Shown piece by piece: positions 59,726 through 64,000 of a DNA stretch of 64,000 nt; within the stretch, counting starts at the first letter, position 1, and each line of letters begins with the position of its first letter. The notes beneath the pieces are model-generated. The model ran no database searches and was not told where the DNA came from. It saw only the letters and a program-made list of their open reading frames with translations. This stretch comes from Candidatus Oxydemutatoraceae bacterium. Lineage in GTDB: Bacteria; Pseudomonadota; Gammaproteobacteria; Poriferisulfidales; Oxydemutatoraceae. The stretch lies in NCBI GenBank assembly GCA_965220085.1, contig CBDCOZ010000003.1:352001-416000 (forward strand), in the 5' to 3' direction. The position numbers and the translations under genes were made by a program.

Positions 59726-59772
59726 GCGGTTGGCGCAAACCGATTAACCCGAACTCTGTAAACTTATAAAAG

Positions 59773-61560
59773 ATGTCTTCCGTATCCCGTACGCACTACT
59801 GCGGCCAAGTCGATGATGCTATGAAAGGCCGCGAGGTGACCGTCTGCGGCTGGGTCAATAGACGGCGTGATCACGGCGGCGTGATATTTCTTGATCTGCG
59901 CGATTGCGAGGGCTTGGTGCAACTGGTCGCCGATCCCGATACCCCGCAGGTGTTCGCATTGGCCGACAAGGTGCGCAACGAATTTGTGTTGCGCGCTCGC
60001 GGCACGGTGCGCGAGCGTCCCGAAGGCACCAAAAACCCCGCGCTTGCCACCGGCGCAGTGGAGATTGTCTGCGCATCGCTGGAGATCATCGGCGCGTCCA
60101 AAACCCCGCCATTTCAACTTGACGATGAGGGTGTCAATGAGGAATTGCGGCTGCGGTATCGCTATATCGATCTGCGCAAACCCGAGATGCTGCAACGCCT
60201 GCGTACGCGCGCGGCGATCGTGCGCTGCATTCGCTCCTTCCTTGACGGCAACGGCTTTATCGATGTTGAGACGCCGATGTTGACGAAGGCGACCCCGGAA
60301 GGAGCGCGTGATTATCTGGTGCCGAGTCGCACCCAACCGCATGCGTTTTTTGCCTTGCCCCAATCGCCGCAATTGTTTAAGCAGTTGTTAATGATGAGCG
60401 GGTTTGATCGCTACTATCAGATTACGCGGTGTTTTCGCGATGAGGATTTGCGCGCCGATCGCCAACCCGAGTTTACCCAGTTGGATGCGGAGACCTCGTT
60501 TATGGACGAGGAGGCAATCATGGGATTGATGGAAGAGATGGTCAGAACGCTGTTTCGCGAGGTGATACGGGTTGAGTTGCCGCAGAAGTTTGAGCGGATG
60601 AGCTATGCCGATGCGATGCGGCTCTACGGTTGCGACCGACCGGATCTGCGGATACCGCTGAAGTTGACCGAATTGACCGGCCTGATGCGCGCGGTTGAGT
60701 TCAAAGTGTTTGCGCAGCCCGCGGCATCCGAGAACGGGCGGGTGGCCGCTTTGCGCGTGCCGGGAGGCGGCAAGCTCACGCGCGGCGAGATTGACGGCTA
60801 CACCGAGTTTGTCGGTCGCTACGGCGCCAAAGGGCTTGCCTATATCAAGTGCGATTCGGTCGCGCAAGGCGCGGCCGGCTTGCAGTCGCCGATTTTGAAG
60901 TTTCTTGCCGATGATGTGGTGCGGGAAATTCTGACGCGCACAGGCGCCGCAGATGGCGATATGATTTTCTTCGGCGCGGGCGGCGCGCGGGCGGTCAACG
61001 ATTCGTTGTCGGCGTTGCGCGAGCGGTTGGGGCGCGATCTCAAATTGTGCGAGGACGGTTGGCAACCGTTGTGGATCACGGACTTTCCGTTGTTTGAGTT
61101 TGACGATGCGCAAAAGGGTTGGACTTCGATCCACCACCCGTTTACCGCCCCCCGCGCTGCCGACCCCGACGAAGTGCGTCGCCACCCGGGCAAGTGTTTG
61201 TCGCGGGCTTATGATCTGGTCCTCAACGGCACCGAGCTCGGCGGCGGGTCGGTGCGTATTCACCGCCGGGAAATGCAACAAGCCGTGTTTGAGGTATTGG
61301 GCCTTGACGGCAAAGAAGTCGCCGAGCGGTTCGGTTTCTTTTTGCGCGCGCTGGAGTACGGCTGTCCGTTTCACGGCGGCATTGCTTTCGGCATCGATCG
61401 CATCGCGATGATGATGACCGGCAGCGCCTCCATCCGCGATGTCATTGCTTTTCCCAAGACACAGATTGCCTCGTGTCCTTTAACCGCGGCGCCGATGGCG
61501 GTGTCGGATGCCAGACTGGCAGAGCTGTCTCTGAAGTTGAGAGAACGGGACGATGACTGA
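59773..61560 (+). CDS. aspS: Aspartate--tRNA ligase (probably non-discriminating)
   Basis: [50 protein letters not shown]. Confidence 0.98.
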   Translation: MSSVSRTHYCGQVDDAMKGREVTVCGWVNRRRDHGGVIFLDLRDCEGLVQLVADPDTPQVFALADKVRNEFVLRARGTVRERPEGTKNPALATGAVEIVCASLEIIGASKTPPFQLDDEGVNEELRLRYRYIDLRKPEMLQRLRTRAAIVRCIRSFLDGNGFIDVETPMLTKATPEGARDYLVPSRTQPHAFFALPQSPQLFKQLLMMSGFDRYYQITRCFRDEDLRADRQPEFTQLDAETSFMDEEAIMGLMEEMVRTLFREVIRVELPQKFERMSYADAMRLYGCDRPDLRIPLKLTELTGLMRAVEFKVFAQPAASENGRVAALRVPGGGKLTRGEIDGYTEFVGRYGAKGLAYIKCDSVAQGAAGLQSPILKFLADDVVREILTRTGAADGDMIFFGAGGARAVNDSLSALRERLGRDLKLCEDGWQPLWITDFPLFEFDDAQKGWTSIHHPFTAPRAADPDEVRRHPGKCLSRAYDLVLNGTELGGGSVRIHRREMQQAVFEVLGLDGKEVAERFGFFLRALEYGCPFHGGIAFGIDRIAMMMTGSASIRDVIAFPKTQIASCPLTAAPMAVSDARLAELSLKLRERDDD

Positions 61561-62668
61561 GGAAATGACGGGGCAAAAGCCGGAAGTCACCGTGCTGATG
61601 CCCGTTTACAACGGTCGGCGCTTTCTTCCCGCCGCCATTGAATCGGTTCTGCATCAGAGCTTTGATGATTTTGAGTTATTGATCATAGATGACGGGTCGC
61701 GCGACGATTCGCTTGCGATCGTGCGCGGCTATGCCGACCGCGACGCGCGGCTACGCGTGATATCGCGCGAAAACCGGGGGCTTGTCGAGACCCTGAACGA
61801 GGGCATCGAGGCGGCGCGCGGCAAGTGGCTGGCGCGGCTTGATTGCGATGACATCAGCTTGCCCGATCGTCTTGCGGCACAAGTCGGTTTTCTTCGCGAC
61901 CATCCCGATTATGTTTTCTGCGCCTGCGATGCGCACATCATCAGCCAATACGGTCGCCGCCTCAGACCCTGGCCCAATCTCGGCCACAGCCATGAGGAGT
62001 TAGGCGCCAGTTTGCGCTTCACCGCCGCCTTTCCGCATTCCAGCGTGTGCTTTAACCTGTCGCTTTTGCATAAATACGGCCTGCGTTACAGCGCGCAATA
62101 CCCGCAAGCCGAAGACTTTGATTTGTGGCAACGGATCGTCAAAGACTATCCGTGCTGTGTGATTCGCCGGCCGCTGGCGGAGTGGCGCGCGCATTCCGGC
62201 AGTGTCAATTATCGCCACCGCCTGCAACAACTGCGGCAGACGACATTAATCGCAGAAAAGCATTTTCGCGCGCTGAACGAGGACCTGCCCGACGGGTTTT
62301 TGCATCACTTCTTGGATGAGAGAAACGGCATATCCAATCAGGATTGCGCCCGCCTGCGCGAGGTTTTTCTCAAGATGCTCAAGTCGATCAACGCGGAGTC
62401 GCCCGCTACCCGGCACTTTTCGCGCCAGGCTTTTTCTATTCTGCTCAGCCGTATCTTCGTGGAATTCGGTTGCTTGCGCGGGTTTGACGATACCGATCGC
62501 GTGTTCGGTTGCGCGCCGCTGCAAAAGATGTTGGCGCGCAGGGCGTATCTGTTATTTCTCTTGTCCCGGGTGTTTTCTTCGCACTGGGTCAGGCGGCTTG
62601 ATTATCTGGCCTCGTATGCGTATGCGAAATTTGCCAATCTCAGTTCTCGTTTCCGCCGCGGTAACTGA
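61553..62668 (+). CDS. Glycosyltransferase family 2
   Basis: VLMPVYN, IDDGSRD, ARLDCDD, AEDFDLW. Confidence 0.93.
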   Translation: MTEEMTGQKPEVTVLMPVYNGRRFLPAAIESVLHQSFDDFELLIIDDGSRDDSLAIVRGYADRDARLRVISRENRGLVETLNEGIEAARGKWLARLDCDDISLPDRLAAQVGFLRDHPDYVFCACDAHIISQYGRRLRPWPNLGHSHEELGASLRFTAAFPHSSVCFNLSLLHKYGLRYSAQYPQAEDFDLWQRIVKDYPCCVIRRPLAEWRAHSGSVNYRHRLQQLRQTTLIAEKHFRALNEDLPDGFLHHFLDERNGISNQDCARLREVFLKMLKSINAESPATRHFSRQAFSILLSRIFVEFGCLRGFDDTDRVFGCAPLQKMLARRAYLLFLLSRVFSSHWVRRLDYLASYAYAKFANLSSRFRRGN

Positions 62669-63512
62669 CGAAGCCGACAATGCGTCCGGCTGCGGACACC
62701 AGATAGCGTCCCACTTGATGCGGGCGCAGCGATATCAGCGAGCCGATAGAACCGCCAAGCGGCATGGAAACAGAGCGCAGCAGTTGCGCCAAGGCCCAAG
62801 CCGGCTTCATCCGAAAGTGTTTGCGCAACAGCGCGCCGCGGCCGAGTCCGTAATGGTAGTGCTTGCGCAGCCACGCTTTTGAACTCATCGCTTTGGGGCT
62901 GGTGCGCGGGTGCAGGGTCACGTAATCCGAGTCGTACGCCACTTTGTGCTCGGCCTCAAGCAGGCGCAGTATCAGGTCGGTCTCTTCGCTGCCGCCGAAG
63001 TGGGTGCCCGTTCCCAAGCTCTCATCCAGCAAACCGAGCTCCAGAGCTATGCGCCTTTTCACGACCATCGCCGAGCCGAGGCAACAATCAAAATTGCCGA
63101 AGCCGACGGCCTTCGCGCGCCGGTTTGCATGGGCGTATCTTGAGAAAGGTTTGTTGTCTTCGATATTGCGTATCAATCCGCACAGGCACGCATGGTCGGG
63201 GTATAGATCGATCACCCGATCGAGGTCGGCAAGGCACGACGGCTTGATATCGGCATCGTCATCCAGCAGCACGAGATAATCGCCGCGCGCTTTGCGGATT
63301 GCATTATTGCGCGATTGCGAGGAGCCGCGCTTGTCGTCCGGCAGATAGCGGAATTCGCCCTTTGCCGGCGGCTGGAAGGTCGTTTTTTCATCGGACTGGT
63401 CATTGACGATAATCTCAAAATGTTCGTCATAAGTTTGCTCGCCGATTGCAAACAGCAACTTCTGCAAACTCTTGCGGCGGTTGCGGGTCGGTATGATGAT
63501 GGAAAATTTCAC
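62640..63512 (-). CDS. Glycosyltransferase family 2
   Basis: SIIIPTRNR, SRN, LDDD, GSEETDL. Confidence 0.92.
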   Translation of the reverse strand: MKFSIIIPTRNRRKSLQKLLFAIGEQTYDEHFEIIVNDQSDEKTTFQPPAKGEFRYLPDDKRGSSQSRNNAIRKARGDYLVLLDDDADIKPSCLADLDRVIDLYPDHACLCGLIRNIEDNKPFSRYAHANRRAKAVGFGNFDCCLGSAMVVKRRIALELGLLDESLGTGTHFGGSEETDLILRLLEAEHKVAYDSDYVTLHPRTSPKAMSSKAWLRKHYHYGLGRGALLRKHFRMKPAWALAQLLRSVSMPLGGSIGSLISLRPHQVGRYLVSAAGRIVGFVSYRGGNEN

Positions 63513-63593
63513 GTTGCAATATTATGCGTATTCCCCTATTTTGCAAAGTTATTTAAGGTATTTTGTGACGCATCCGTAATATAATGGACAGCC

Positions 63594-64000
63594 ATGCAAT
63601 ACAAACGCCCCGAATCGGTCTTGGTTTTGGTTTATACGCCGCGCCATCAAGTCCTTGTTTTACGCCGCTTAAAACCCGATTATTTTTGGCAATCGGTCGC
63701 CGGCAGCCTTGAGTGGGGCGAATCGCCGCTCGCCGCCGCCGAGCGCGAGCTGTTTGAAGAGACCGGGCTCGGTGTCGGCGGTATGATTGATTGTCAACTG
63801 CAAAATCGCTTTTTGATTTATCCGATGTGGCGGCAGCGTTACGGGCCGAAGGTGATCGAGAACACCGAGCATGTTTTTCGGCTGGAGTCGGAAGAAGCGC
63901 GCGCCGTGACTTTGGATGCGAAGGAGCACAGCGAGTTTTGCTGGATGGATGCGCGCGCTGCGGCGTTGCGTGTCAGTTCGCATACGAACCGTGTCGCCAT
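63594..64000 (+). CDS. nudB: Dihydroneopterin triphosphate diphosphatase (Nudix), runs off the window end
   Basis: Manual translation MQYKRPESVLVLVY...FWQSVAGSLEWGESPLAAAERELFEETG...NTEHVF. Confidence 0.92.
   Translation, partial: MQYKRPESVLVLVYTPRHQVLVLRRLKPDYFWQSVAGSLEWGESPLAAAERELFEETGLGVGGMIDCQLQNRFLIYPMWRQRYGPKVIENTEHVFRLESEEARAVTLDAKEHSEFCWMDARAAALRVSSHTNRVA

Overview
GC-rich, gene-dense proteobacterial chromosome segment. Gene order (hisBHAFE-tatABC, metXW, mutY-yggX, purMN-hda, fmdB-aspS-nudB) is gammaproteobacteria-like; a host-associated lifestyle such as a sponge symbiont is only an inference. Three tRNAs (Ala-CGC, Phe-GAA, Ser-CGA) each have accessory cargo at their 3' end: a DNA methyltransferase, a Fic gene, and an ~8 kb AT-rich defence island with decaying restriction-modification systems plus an intact Sir2-HerA pair. 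Two unusual patterns stand out. (1) Four secreted Ig/cadherin-like surface proteins plus one relic all end in the same 14-residue tail (L/I)RLRLRLFLEG(P/S)LR-stop. Three have a poly-C tract just after the start codon (two in frame, one out of frame), and the first pair sits between the two halves of a decayed IS481-like element. This is a candidate undescribed C-terminal sorting/anchoring system with phase variation. (2) At least four separate stop-codon-spanning stretches of ordinary genes are amplified into diverging tandem arrays (176 bp x5, ~213 bp x3, ~91 bp x5, 146 bp x5); two of these form chains of translationally coupled mini-ORFs.
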